Assembly (NCBI GenBank): GCA_964016885.1
Contig: OZ024744.1
Span: 36,766,001-36,830,000 of the forward strand
Reading direction: 5' to 3'
DNA: 64,000 nt
From: Eledone cirrhosa
Taxonomy: Eukaryota
The position numbers and the translations under genes were made by a program. The notes beneath the pieces were generated by a model, which did no database searches, was not told the origin of the DNA, and saw nothing but the letters and a program-made list of their open reading frames with translations. The first letter of the stretch is position 1, and each line of letters begins with the position of its first letter. Positions 1 through 12,554 of the stretch are shown here, piece by piece.

Positions 1-49
<49 letters not shown>

Positions 50-87
50 TTATATATATATATACATACATACATATATATATAAGT
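1..87. repeat. (TA)n microsatellite
   Basis: Direct TA dinucleotide run with a few substitutions. Confidence 0.95.
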
Positions 88-519
88 ATGTGCGTGCGTG
101 TGTATTTGTCTATTTCTATATTTTTACTTCCTTGTCTCTCGAGTGTCTTTCATTTACTTTCCTTCACACCCTGGCGTCTCTACTTTCTTTTCCTATTTCT
201 TACTCAATCTTTCCCCCACGATCTCACTATAATAAATTGCCTCATATGTCAAAACCTTTTTCTTCTTCTTCTTTCTCCGCCTCCCCCTCTTCGTCATCAT
301 CATCATCATCGTCATCTCTAAAACAACACGATCACTATCTTCATTCTTTTCCAGTTCAACTCTTCAATGTACATTTTATTTCTTTTCTCTAGTTGTACAT
401 ATTTTTTTCTCCTCTCTGTCTTCGAAAATAATCACATTGCCAATGCAAAATTAGGTTTGAAGACAAGCAAACAGTACGGTAGAAGAGGGTAATTTCTATT
501 CTATGCTATGTGTGTTTTT

Positions 520-639
<120 letters not shown>

Positions 640-1189
640 CTCTCTTCCCCTCCCTCTCTCTCTCTCTTTCTCCCTCTCTTGTCTAAGTCAGGAGATAAGA
701 ATTTACCTCTTTGTAATTTTGAGAGAACTCCAATAAGTTGAAACCAAAATGGCGCAAACACTTTGTCTTTCATTTTTATTCATTTTATTTTATTCGATAA
801 ATGAACTGTTGTTTTTTTTTTTTCATTTTTTTTTTCATACTAAAGAGAGATCTATGTTAAGAAAACATGGCAGCAACTACTGAAGCAATAAGCATAGAAA
901 TGTTGTAAAGATGTGAAAGTAAATACTGAATTAAAAAAGAAAACATAGATTAAGCATCAATGAAAATTATGAGGAGGAAATAAAAAAAACAACCCAACTA
1001 TCTTTATTCTTATTCATAGAAGAAGACTCATTACTAAAAACAGTTGTAAGCATTCATAGACACGATTCATAGAGAGTAATCTACTATCAGCATTCCGTAT
1101 TCTAAACATCAGCGGAGGATATTCGCTTCAGTTTTGCAAACCACAAAATAGATTCACAAACAAGAGGAAGCCTATACGAGGACGCCTGT

Positions 1190-1410
1190 AGCCATGGGAC
1201 ATTCATGCAAGTTTCTTTTCTCCTCGCCATCAATATTGTCTTCATGAAAAGTAAGGGCAGATACAGTTTGGTACCAACTCATTTTCCACAGTCGAATGAA
1301 CTCCGGCAATATCAAATAGAGTCACTTGCTCAAGAACAGAACGGAAACGGGCCGAGGATAGAAATCATGACTTTCAGATTGTGAGTTAAACACCCTGATG
1401 CACATGACTT
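1190..1410 (-). mobile_element. Degenerate tRNA-derived SINE, family B
   Basis: Similar to 40045-40296 (cttgctcaagaacagaac..., gtgagttaaacaccct); reverse strand resembles a tRNA-like head plus a conserved SINE core. Confidence 0.45.
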
Positions 1411-1483
1411 TTACAAACTACTAAAAGATGGGCTAGGCCCATTTTGATGATAGTTCTAGTAAATTAGGATGACCTGTGCTAAA

Positions 1484-1626
1484 CAAACAAAAACAAAAAC
1501 AAAAACAAAAACAAAAACAAAAAAAAACATCAACAACAACAGTACAGAAACAACAAGAAAAAGAACAACACCAGCAGCAACAACAACAACCACGGTAACA
1601 ACAACAGCAGCAGCAACAACAACACC

Positions 1627-1658
<32 letters not shown>

Positions 1659-1740
1659 CAATAACAACAACAACAACAACAACAACAGCAACACATCAAC
1701 ACAACAATAGCAACAACTACAACATCAGCAACACATCATC

Positions 1741-1781
<41 letters not shown>

Positions 1782-1945
1782 CGCAACAAGAATAACCACA
1801 ACAACAACAAAAACACTGCTACAGTCAACATATCCATGACGACAAAAATAACCGCAACATAATAACAACAACTACAATAGCAATATCAATACAACAAGAA
1901 CCTAACAACAGCGGCAACACAAAAACAACAACGAAACAACAACAT
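1484..1945. repeat. (CAA)n/(ACAAAA)n low-complexity tract
   Basis: Degenerate CAA trinucleotide repeats. Confidence 0.9.
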
Positions 1946-3566
1946 CGAATTAATTTTTTCTTCTTTCTTTTGATAGGATGTCGATCACTGATTGTGTAAC
2001 TGAGTCACGAAGTAAAGGTTTCTAGTATTAAAAATTAGTGTGGGTGCTCTGAAATAACGATGTATATATATGAAGGTACGTATTGTATATTATATACATT
2101 TTTAAATAAACAGGACGGAGAGAGTATAGCTAACAAACGAAATATTCAGAATTCAGAAACGAAATATCGTAAGCCTTAGCCAGGCTAACAAGATACTGAA
2201 AACCACCATGTTCTGTTGTCTACGAAAAACCATAACATCTCGACAACTACACTTCATAAAAGAATGTGCCTCGTTCTGAGTTTACACCAACACCATCAAC
2301 ACCGACGTAAGAAGATTACAACTCACCAAAAAGCAAACAGATAGGCTAAAACGAACACTAATTCTAAACATAAAAAAGAAGATCTATAGAGAATTAAGTC
2401 ATCAAGAAAAACATAAGCGTAACCTAATGCAAGAAATAACTAGGATAACAACACCAAGAGAGAAACTAATATTTATAAGCCTTATACGTCCTGAAGAACA
2501 GTACATTGCTCAAGAATGTGATAAGCACTTTAACAAAAAACTAAAGTGGTTTAAGCAGATAAAACTAAATCAGGATACTGTAGAGAATACCAATAGATAT
2601 CCCGACAAAATTGACGGTATAAATATGGCCGACACCTCATTAACCGATGAGTTCAACAACAACAACAACACAAATATATACGGCAATACGGCAATAGACC
2701 CTGGTGAATTATCTGTATTACTTCTACCACCGAAATTTGCGACATTCAAGAAGGTAAATATGATTAGTTGTCTGTCAGAAATAGAAAAATCATTTACACA
2801 ATTACGTTGGAGCCTCAAAAACAAAAACAAAAACAAAAGTAACAACATACGCACACACATATACAACACACATTCCAACAACAACAGACACACAGACACA
2901 AACAACAATAACAACAACACACACACCAACAATACTCAGAAACAACAACAACAGACACGCAGACACAAACAACAATAACAACACACACAATAATAATAAT
3001 ACACACGGAGACAACAACAACAACACACACCAACAACAGCACACATCAACAACAAGAACACACACACATTCAATGACTCTCACCACCACCACAATCTTAA
3101 CAAACACACAGACACAGAAAACAAGTAATGACAGTAGCACAGAAATCACAGAAATAAGGGAAAGTAATAGGATTAAAAGGAGAAGGAAGACTATGGACAA
3201 AGAAAATAACCAAGACGAACACACAGACACACAAAATAGAGTAGATAATAACAATGAGCCAGTGGAAAGAGACAGGAGTAATTATGAGAGACATAGAAAC
3301 AACCATGAGGCTGTTGGTGGAAATAGAAATAGAAACAACACAACTAACAATAACAATAGCACTAGTACACATAAAGCAGTAGCCTGGAACTCTACTTTTT
3401 ATAATCCCTCCGATAAGTCGTTCGAACTGCGACGAGTCCACGCCACGACTTTACCATTTAACAAACGCACGCAATTGCCGTCGCAGGTCGATGAACAAAC
3501 AGAAGCACAATTTAGTATAGCTAGATCCGAACTTAGAAAGGACAGTATAGCAAGAAGCATAATAGA

Positions 3567-5384
3567 ATGGAGGTCCAGCAACTAGGAGAAAAATCTGCAA
3601 ATGGCTTGCGTAAGCTCATGCAGCGCTCGCGTAATGGAGAGATAGCATGCTTTCCAACAGACAAGTCTGGCAGAATGTCGGTTAACAGCCTGCCAAACTA
3701 CATCCAGGCAATGCAACCCCACATCACTAACACAAGAGAGGTAACACCACAGGAGCATGAGGATAGAGAAAAAGCCCTCAATGCCCATATGGTGATGTGG
3801 ACGAATATAATGCAGCCCAACAAAAGGACTGCCAACAACTTCCAGGCCTGGAACAATGACGTGCCGGCGTTGTATGGGCTTCGAAAAGACCATAAAACGG
3901 GCAGTGACGCTGTCACGGGACCACCAACACGGCCAGTCTGTGGAGCTAACATTGCTAGTAACTACAGACTGTCCTACTTCCTCTCCCTGATCATACGCCC
4001 CATCATTGAAATGTCCCCAGATGTATGTGACAGCACGGAGGACCTCCTCAGCAGAATCGGCGAGAGTAACCGATCTAGGGACAAAACAAACTGCATAATA
4101 GGTAGTATGGATGATGTGTCCCTGTATCCATCTATTGACGTGGATTTTGCTGTGGAGAAATGCGTAGAAATGATCAGCGATAGCAATGTTGAGTTCTGTG
4201 GGATTGATACCAGTGAGCTGGGACTCCTACTTAAACTTACCTATAGTAATAATTACCTAGACACATATGACCTTAGCAACCTGTGCCCTACAAGACCAGC
4301 AAGAGGCAGACCACCTACCATTACCTCAATGGCCAAGAAAACCCACACAGATAGATGAAACGGGTGGACCAGAGCCATACGGACACCCGAAAACCACGAT
4401 GAACTGAAGAAAATGATTGCACATGCGGTAGGGGCCAGCATAAAACTAAACCTTAAGGAACATATGTTCAAATTTAATGGAAAAACATATGCCCAAGAGG
4501 AAGGAGCAGCTATTGGTGTTAGCATTGTAGGAGACATAGCTAACTTATTCATGGTATGGTGGGACAGTAGACTTAAACTTAAACTTAAAGAACAATTAGA
4601 AGACCCCTTAACCCTAATAATGTACTGCCGCTACGTTGATGATATAAACATCGTAGTTAAGACATCCCCACTAGAGAACAGTCAGGAACTAGAGAAAAAC
4701 ACAATGGAAAGCATCCAGCAAATAGCTAACTCCATCCACCAGAGTATTAAAGTTACTATAGACTACCCAAGTAAACACCCCAACCATCGATTACCCGTAC
4801 TAGACACAGAGCTCTGGTTAGATACCATTAATAACAAAAAACAAATCCTCCATTCCCATTATGCCAAACCCATGACTTCCAAACATCTGATCCACCGAAA
4901 CTCGGCTGTTTCGGACCATACCAAAATCAACATACTGATTGCGGATTTGGTACGGATGATGAGAAACGTGTCCCGCATGTGCAACCCCGAAGAACTAGAG
5001 AGACACATACAACACTTCATCCACCATATGCAGTTCTCTGGTTACAATCAGAGAGATAAAATCAGAGTGTATAGAGGAGCCAGAACCAAATGGGAAAAAA
5101 TGGTAAATAATGACACAAATGGGACCTGCCCCTTGTATAGGAGCAAATTTTGGAATAGAATAGAAAGAACTAGGAATAAGGCTAATAGAATAAACTCATG
5201 GTATGATAGCAATAAATACCAGAGTGTAATGTTCATCGATACAACCCCTAGAGGTGAATTAGCTTACACATTTAGAAGGGCCCTAGATAAACATAAACTC
5301 AATATTAAGATAGTAGAAAGACCAGGTACCTCCGTAAAAAGACTTATTAGCAAGACATACCCTTTTCAAAGACCCCCTGTATAG
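3567..5384 (+). pseudogene. PLE-1 reverse transcriptase (one in-frame TGA at 4356-4358)
   Basis: TDKSGR, LYGLRKDHK...TRPVC, SMDDVSLYPSID (motif A), YAQEEGAAIG..IANLFM (motif B), RYVDD (motif C), LPVLDTEL, YAKP..S..IH..S thumb. Confidence 0.9.
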
Positions 5385-5760
5385 ATAAGAAATGTATAAC
5401 CTGTAAAATAAGCCCCATATTAACTGTAAAACTAGAAATGTAGTGTATAGCAAAAGATGTACTGAAGGACAATGTAGAGACAAAAATATAGTGTACATAG
5501 GTAAGACAGCTCATAGTGTAGGGGAACGGATAAATGAACACTGTCGAGACCTTCAAGATAGTAAAGAATCATATGTACTCTACCAACATGCTAAAATAGA
5601 ACATAAGGGTAAATTAGAGAACATAGAAATAAAAATAGAATCTACACACAGAAAAGACGCAATGTTTAGACAAATCACAGAGGCAATAAACATAAAAGAA
5701 TTACAACCAAAATTAAATAGAAAATATGAGTGGAACAGCAACATCACAACTTACAAATAA
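5375..5760 (+). pseudogene. PLE-1 Cys linker plus GIY-YIG endonuclease
   Basis: Frameshifted C-x4-C-x2-C linker, then NVVY..C...C....VYIGKT....ERINEH...H....H...RQITEA..I....PKLN. Confidence 0.85.
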
Positions 5761-5961
5761 GGACAAAATGAAAACACACACACATATAGAACAAACAACC
5801 AACCGGTAACTTGTAAATAAACAAATAAATAAACGAATATAAACACACACAGACACCCGGATGTGGCGCATGCGCAGACTGAGCACACAACACACACAGA
5901 GAAACAAAATGGCGTAGGACAGAACAAAGGAGAGGCACAAAAACAAAGAAAAAAATCCCCG

Positions 5962-6004
5962 GTCACTGAAGAGGTCACAGAATGTGTGACGAAAGAACTT
6001 TGAC
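5962..6004 (+). ncRNA. Minimal type I hammerhead ribozyme at the PLE-1 3' end
   Basis: Stem I GUCA/UGAC, core CUGAAGA, stem II GUCACA/UGUGAC (one extra G), GAAA, very short stem III, CUU triplet. Confidence 0.7.
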
Positions 6005-6187
6005 AATATATAAACAACCATCTGGTTGTGGAACGAACCAACCAACCAGAAATTTATAAATTTATAAATTCCTAAATTTATAAATTTATTATAATAAATT
6101 GAAGTGAAAGCAACTGGTGCGTGTGTTTCTTATTGGCAACAAGACCCTCCCAAAGTATAACAACAACACAGTATATTATTAAATATC

Positions 6188-6360
6188 AGTAGAGGCTTGG
6201 ACACTATGCTTTGCAGCATAGAGTCACGGCCCTTTACGGTCTGAGTTCAAATCTCGCCGAGGTTAACTTTGCCTTTCATACTTACGCGGTCGATAAAATA
6301 AAATACCAATAATTCACTGGGGTAATTACAGGCCTTGTGCCAAAAGTTGAAACAATTATT
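6188..6360 (+). mobile_element. tRNA-derived SINE, family A
   Basis: B box GAGTTCAAAT, core gttaactttgcctttcat...gtcgataaaataaa, tail ggccttgtgccaaaag.gaaacaattatt; more than ten copies in the window. Confidence 0.85.
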
Positions 6361-7070
6361 TAAATAATACATTAGAAAATCTAATGACTCGAAAGTGCCA
6401 ACTTATGGACTGGACTTGATCTTTGCTCTTTGAACTCTACTGAAGTGATCGAACTTTATGGAAAGAGATATTAGATTGTAATGTGCAGTCTGCAACTGGC
6501 AGAGTTTAGCGTCTCAAGAAAGAGAAAATCTAAACACTGCATACTATTTCATATTCAGTTGTATATACTTACAATCATGAAGAGAGAAAGAGAAAAAAAA
6601 TTGTTGGGTGGAGTAGATAAAAAGAATTTTAAGGGAGAGAAACCGGAGGAAGGGAGAGGGTGAAAATTTACACCCTTGGATGGACGGTACTTCCCGGCTG
6701 CTGTACGTGGTGAAGAGTACAGGCTCAACGATGACCGACAGAAACATAATTTTAGGGGAATGAAATGGGGAGGAGGTGAAACTCTACACTCATTGATGGC
6801 CGGTACTTCTCGGTTACATGGAAGATATCTTTGCGGTCGTGAGTGCGGCCACGATGAGCACTGGTACAAAAAGCAAATGGTCATTAAGTATAAACTAATG
6901 ATCGCTCTTTACAAAGACGGGAGACCTATCTGTAAAATTATAATTACATGTTTCTTAAAACGTCAGAGTGAGAAAGAGTAGGTGGCGTGTGCGCATGCGC
7001 GAGGGAGAAATTGGGTAACGCACTTTCACTCCATCTGAAATGGTATGTAGGACCGCGATAAATAGACCAA

Positions 7071-8651
7071 TCTATATATATAAAACTGTGGTTGTCTGTC
7101 TGTCTATCGATTTTTGGCACACATCTCTTAGAATATCTCACGGAATTGCACCGAAATTGCTATACTTGTACATTGAGCCATAGCGAAGACATCGGAAAAA
7201 AAAATTTCAAATTGACCCACCCTATGTGACGAAATCGAATATAATGTATCGATTTTTGAGCGTAAGTTATCAGTTATTTCCCTTTGTTCTGTTTACATTG
7301 AGCGTCTTACGTAAAAAATTACGCTGGCTTTCTCAGCGTTTAAAATGACATTAACACAATACACGAACAGACAGTTGTCGAGCCAGCAAAATATTGACCT
7401 GCAAAATTCATCAGTTCGAACACTAAGCTTACGTTTTGCTTCATTTCCATTTAAAAGCATTTTAAAACAATATTTTTACTTGAAAACAAGTCTATTTAAA
7501 GACTACGTAAAACAAGCAAATATTTCGTCGTTAGGCGTGCAGACAGACAGTCGTGCAGACAGACAGTCGTGCAGAGAGGTAATATACGCGTGCAGACAGA
7601 CAGTCGTGCAGAGAGGTGATATAGGCGTGCAGACAGACAGTCGTGCAGAGAGGTGATATAGGCGTGCAGACAGACAGTCGTGCAGAGAGGTGATATAGGC
7701 GTGCAGACTGACAGTCGTGCAGAGAGGTGATATAGGCGTGCAGACAGACATAACTGATAATTTGGTTACGCTAATGTTTTTTCTCTGCGTTGCAGTGTTT
7801 ACATTTTCGATCTTTGTTAATAAATAACCAGTGCAGTTTCTATCCCCAGCATCCTCTTTTGTTATAACATTCGGGTTATCGTTATGTTTTCTTAACTTCA
7901 TACGGCATATTGTTGGTTGAGGGAATATTAATCAAAAACACCACATGCAAGTCTGCACAGTAGACACTACAGTTTTTAAGCCAAGAAAGAAACTTAACAT
8001 TGTAACTTTAACACAGCTACTGAGCGACCCCGAGCAACGCCGGGCTTTTTGCTTCATTTCCATTTAAAAGCCTTTTAAAACAATATTTTTACTTGAAAAC
8101 AAGTCTATTTAAAGACTACGTAAAACAAGCAAATATTTCGTTAAAAAAAGCAAAAATTATATGTTTATTTAAAATATATGTATCTGTAAATTTCGTTAGG
8201 CGTGCAGAGAGGTGATATACGCGTGCAGACAGATAGTCGTGCAGAGAGGTGATATACGCGTGCAGACAGATAGTCGTGCAGAGAGGTGATATAGGCGTGC
8301 AGACAGACAGTCGTGCAGAGAGGTGATATAGGCGTGCAGACAGACATAACTGATAATTTGGTTACGCTAATGTTTTTCTCTGCGTTGCAGTGTTTACATT
8401 TTCGATCTTTGTTAATAAATAACCAGTGCAGTTTCTATCCCCAGCATCCTCTTTTGTTATAACATTCGGGTTATCGTTATGTTTTCTTAACTTCATAAGG
8501 CATATTGTTGGTTGAGGGAATATTAATCAAAAACACCACATGCAAGTCTGCACAGTAGACACTACAGTTTTTAAGCCAAAAAAGAAACTTAACATTGTAA
8601 CTTTAACACAGCTACTGAGCGACCCCGAGCAACGCCGGGCTTTACTGCTAG
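7071..8651 (+). mobile_element. Non-autonomous Helitron with a duplicated 3' half
   Basis: A|TCTATATATATAAAA 5' end; CCCG-agcaacgc-CGGG hairpin, then CTAG|T at 8648-8652; 5' region similar to the 5' end of the Helitron at 19392. Confidence 0.85.
7533..7750. repeat. 37-bp minisatellite inside the Helitron (second block at 8199-8347)
   Basis: Unit ggcgtgcagacagacagtcgtgcagagaggtgatata, about 5-6 tandem copies with no spacers. Confidence 0.9.
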
Positions 8652-8713
8652 TATATTAAAAAACTGAATGTACCTTCAACATTCTTATGTTATTGTAGCC
8701 TTCTGAAAAATAA

Positions 8714-10068
8714 GTGGTGGTGATGGTGGTGGTGGTGGTGGTGATAATGGTGGTGGTAATGGTGGTGGTGTTGGTGGTGTAGCGGTAATGGTGTTGGTGT
8801 TGGTGGTGGTGGTGTTGTTGGTGGCGGTAATGGTGTTGGTGGTGGTGGTGGTGGTGATAGTGTGGTGGTAGTGTTGGTGGTAGTGGTAATGGCGTTGGTG
8901 GTTGTGGTGGTGGTAGTGGTGATGGTGGTGGTGGTGGTAGTGATGGTAGTGGAGGTGCTAATGGTGGTGGCGTTGGTGGTGGTGGTGTTGTTATTGGTGG
9001 CGGTAATGGTGTTGGTGGTGGTGGTGGTAGTGGTGGTGGTTGTGTTGGTGGTAGTGGTAATGGTGTTGGTGGTTGTGGTGGTGGTAGTGGTGGTGGTAGT
9101 GGCGGTGGTGGTAGTGTTGGTGGTGGTGGTAATGGCGTTGGTGGTTGTGGTGGTGGTAGTGGTGGTAGTGTTGGTGGTGGTGGTGGTAGTGTTGGTGGTG
9201 GTGGTAATGGCGTTGGTGGTTGTGGTGGTGGTAGTGGTGGTGGTGGTGTTGATGGTGTGGTGGTGGTAATGGTGATGGTGGTGGTGGTGGTAATGGTGAT
9301 GGTGGTGGTGGTGGTGGTGGTGGTGGTGACGGCGTTGGTGGTTGTGGTGGTGGTGGTGGTAGTGGTGGTAGTGGTGGTGGTGGTGGGAGGAATAATATAT
9401 ATATATGTTTATATAATGGATGCTAAGAAATGCTAAAGGAGATTGGAAGTGGAGTAAGAAGTAAGCTGAAGCTGAAAGGAACAGAGGATGATAATTATGT
9501 TGATGATGATGATGATGGGGATGATGGTGGTGATGATAGTGGTGATGGTGGTGGTGATGGTGGTGATGGTGATGATGATGGTGATGATGGTGATGATGGT
9601 GATGGGGATGATGATGGGGATGATGGTGGTGATGATGGTGGTGGTGATGGTGGTGATGGTGATGGTGATGGGGATGATGATGGAGATGATGGTGGTGATG
9701 ATGATGGTGGTGGTGATGATGGTGATGATGATGATGATGGTGATGATGGTGATGATGATAGTGGTGATGGTGATGATGGTGCTGATGGTGATGATGGGGT
9801 TGATGATAGTGGTGATGGTGATGATGGTGATGGTGATGATGATAGTGATGGTGATGATAGTGATGGTGATAATGATGGTGATGATGATGGTGATAGTGAT
9901 GATGATGATGATGGTGATGATGATAGTGGTGATGGTGATGATGGTGGTGATGATGATGATGGTGATGATAATGATAATGACGATGTTACGGAGGATGAGG
10001 GGAAGCAAGGGAATGAGTAGTAGTAGTCGCAGTAGTAGTAGTAGTAGTAGTAGTAGTAGCAGGTGTAA

Positions 10069-10122
<54 letters not shown>

Positions 10123-10173
10123 CAGTAATAGTAGTCGCAGTAGTAGTAGTAGTAGTAGTAGTAGCAGGTGTAA

Positions 10174-10218
<45 letters not shown>

Positions 10219-10254
10219 CAGTAATAGTAGTAGCAGTAGTAGTAACAACAATAA

Positions 10255-10350
<96 letters not shown>

Positions 10351-10437
10351 AAGTAGTAGTAGTAGGAGGAGGAGGAGGATGAGGAGGAGGAGGAGGAGGG
10401 GTAGGAGGAGGAGGAAGAAGAGGAGGAAGAGGAGGTA
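8714..10437. repeat. Compound trinucleotide microsatellite (GGT)n-(GAT/GGT)n-(TAG)n-(GGA)n
   Basis: Consecutive degenerate triplet arrays separated by short unique spacers. Confidence 0.95.
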
Positions 10438-10641
10438 GAAAAAGAAGATGGTTGCGGAGGTGTGGGTGGGAAAGACGACGATGAAGTCAAAACGGATAGA
10501 TGAGTGGTGTGGGTGGGGAAGTTGCCAGTGGAATGTGGGTCGGGAGATAATTTGAAATTGAATTAGAATAAAATAGGAAGAAATACAGAAACAAAACAAA
10601 AACAATTGCTAGTTTATTGCTTCATGTTCACTAAATAATAA

Positions 10642-10836
10642 TTGTTTCTAATTCTACTTTAAGCACAAGGCCAGCAAATAGCGAGTACATTACTGGTACT
10701 TTATTTTATCGACCCCGTAAGGATGAAAGGCAAAGTTAACCTCGGCGGGATTTGAACTTAGACCATAAAGGACCGTAACTCTTTGCTGCAAAACATGGCG
10801 CCCCACTCTCTACCGATACTGCCAATCCACCACCAT
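10642..10836 (-). mobile_element. Full-length SINE family A with a 17-bp TSD
   Basis: A box (TGGCAGTATCGG) and B box on the minus strand; TSD tgttcactaaataataa at 10625-10641 and 10837-10853. Confidence 0.92.
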
Positions 10837-10879
10837 TGTTCACTAAATAATAAAGAGGGTCTTCTTGTTTGTTTTGTCT

Positions 10880-11348
10880 TTATTTATATTTATTTATTTA
10901 TATATACATATACTTATTTATTTATATATGTATTTATATATATTTACTTATTTATTTATATATGTATTTATATATATTTACTTATTTATTTATTTATATA
11001 TATATATATTTATGTATATATATATATATATAGTTACTTATTTATTTATATATTTATATATATATATTTATTTACTTATTTATTTATTTATATATTTATT
11101 TATATTTATTTATTTATTTATATATTTATTTATATAATTATATATATATATATTTATTTATATATATTTATTTACCTATTTATTTATATATGTATTTATA
11201 TATATATTTTTATATATTTATTTATTTATTTATATATATCCATTTATATATATATTTATTTATTTATATACATTCATTTGTTTATTTCTATATTTATTTA
11301 TTTATTTATATATTTATATATATATATTTATTTATATTTATTTATATA
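10880..11348. repeat. (TATT/TA)n low-complexity tract
   Basis: Degenerate TATT/TA repeats. Confidence 0.92.
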
Positions 11349-11877
11349 AAGAAACGAAGAGGTTTCCTTCTAAAATTTCCGAAGAAAAATAAAATAATCA
11401 TTGTATATGTATTCAGAATAATCATTTTTTTTATTTAGGTATCGTTATATTAGAAGATATACTTATTTTGTTTGTCTTTTCTTTATATGTTAACTTATCC
11501 ATTTACTCATTTGCCTATTTCAGGATCGAATATAAACTCCTTTTCAAGATTGAAATAATAGGATGTCTTTTTTTTCTTCTTAAATGATTTTTTTTTTTTA
11601 TTAAAGTTATATTTTATAATTTTTTATTGTCATTTTGCCATGTTTCTTTTTTCTTTTTTCTTTTCTCTCTCTCTCTCTCTTCATTTTATTCGCACATCCT
11701 CTTCTTCCCTCTGCCAATCTATTTCTTGAAGTAAATTAACAGTTTCAGCAAGCATCTCAACTTAAACAACACTCTGCAAAATAAAATTGGTCTTTGAACA
11801 TTTAAAAAAAGAAAACAACTTAATTAAGCAGGTTATTAGAGGTATAAGGAATCATACGCACCATTGTATTTGGGGTG

Positions 11878-11878
11878 T

Positions 11879-11912
<34 letters not shown>

Positions 11913-12169
11913 AGAGAGAGAGAATGAGTAAAGGAGAGGGAGAGGGAGAGGGAGAGGAAGAGAGAGAGATTGAGTGAAAGAGAGGAAGAGGGAGAAATAG
12001 AATGAGGAAACATAGAGAAAATGAGTGAAAGAGAGAGAGAGAGAGGGAGAGTGAGAGAATGAGGTAGAAATACAGAGAATGAGTAAAAAAGAGAGAGAGA
12101 GAATTAATGAAACAGAGAGAAAGGGAGAGAGAGGGAATAAGGTAGAAATAGAGAGAATGAGTGAAAGAG

Positions 12170-12210
<41 letters not shown>

Positions 12211-12261
12211 TAGAGAGAGAATGAGTTAGAAATAGAGAAAATTGATGAAAGAGAGAGAGAT

Positions 12262-12336
<75 letters not shown>
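11878..12336. repeat. (GA)n-rich tract with a (GT)n insert
   Basis: Degenerate GA repeats. Confidence 0.92.
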
Positions 12337-12340
<4 letters not shown>

Positions 12341-12418
12341 GTGGGAGGTTGGGGAAGAAAAGTAAGAGACATTGAAAAAAATTGTGCGGAATACATTGAG
12401 CTATAGAGGAAAGTAAAT

Positions 12419-12548
12419 ATATTTGTTTCTACTTTAGGCACAAGGGCAGCAATTATCCCAGTGTATTACTGGTACTTTGTTTTATCGACCCCGTAAGGAT
12501 GAAAGGCAAAGTTAACCTCGGCGGGATTTCAACTCATACCCTAAAGGG
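12419..12548 (-). mobile_element. SINE family A, partial
   Basis: ttttatcgaccccgtaaggatgaaaggcaaagttaacctcggcgggattt matches the reverse complement of the family core. Confidence 0.85.
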
Positions 12549-12554
12549 AGAGAA

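Larger units (their letters stand above)
1975..6060 (+). mobile_element. Penelope-like retroelement PLE-1 (Neptune-like Cys linker), near full length, degenerate
   Basis: Interrupted ORF chain 2427-5760 carrying PLE RT motifs and a C-terminal GIY-YIG domain; hammerhead motif in the 3' end; 5' boundary approximate. Confidence 0.85.

Noticed and set aside
4356-4358. In-frame TGA in the PLE-1 RT as selenocysteine recoding
   Set aside because: The context DR*NGW suggests a TGG>TGA decay, the element has other frameshifts, and no SECIS was recognised.
6240-6262. tRNA genes suggested by B-box motifs (GAGTTCAAATC)
   Set aside because: All occur as SINE heads with a long A-B spacer and no cloverleaf.
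7533-8347. 37-bp repeats as a CRISPR array
   Set aside because: Units are head-to-tail with no unique spacers, there are no cas genes, and they lie inside a Helitron in eukaryotic DNA.
8862-11438. Long ORFs (poly-V, D/G, M, S, L, Y/I) up to 390 aa
   Set aside because: Translations of stop-free microsatellite frames with no protein complexity; the same applies to the IYIY/CVCV/HTHT ORFs throughout the window.
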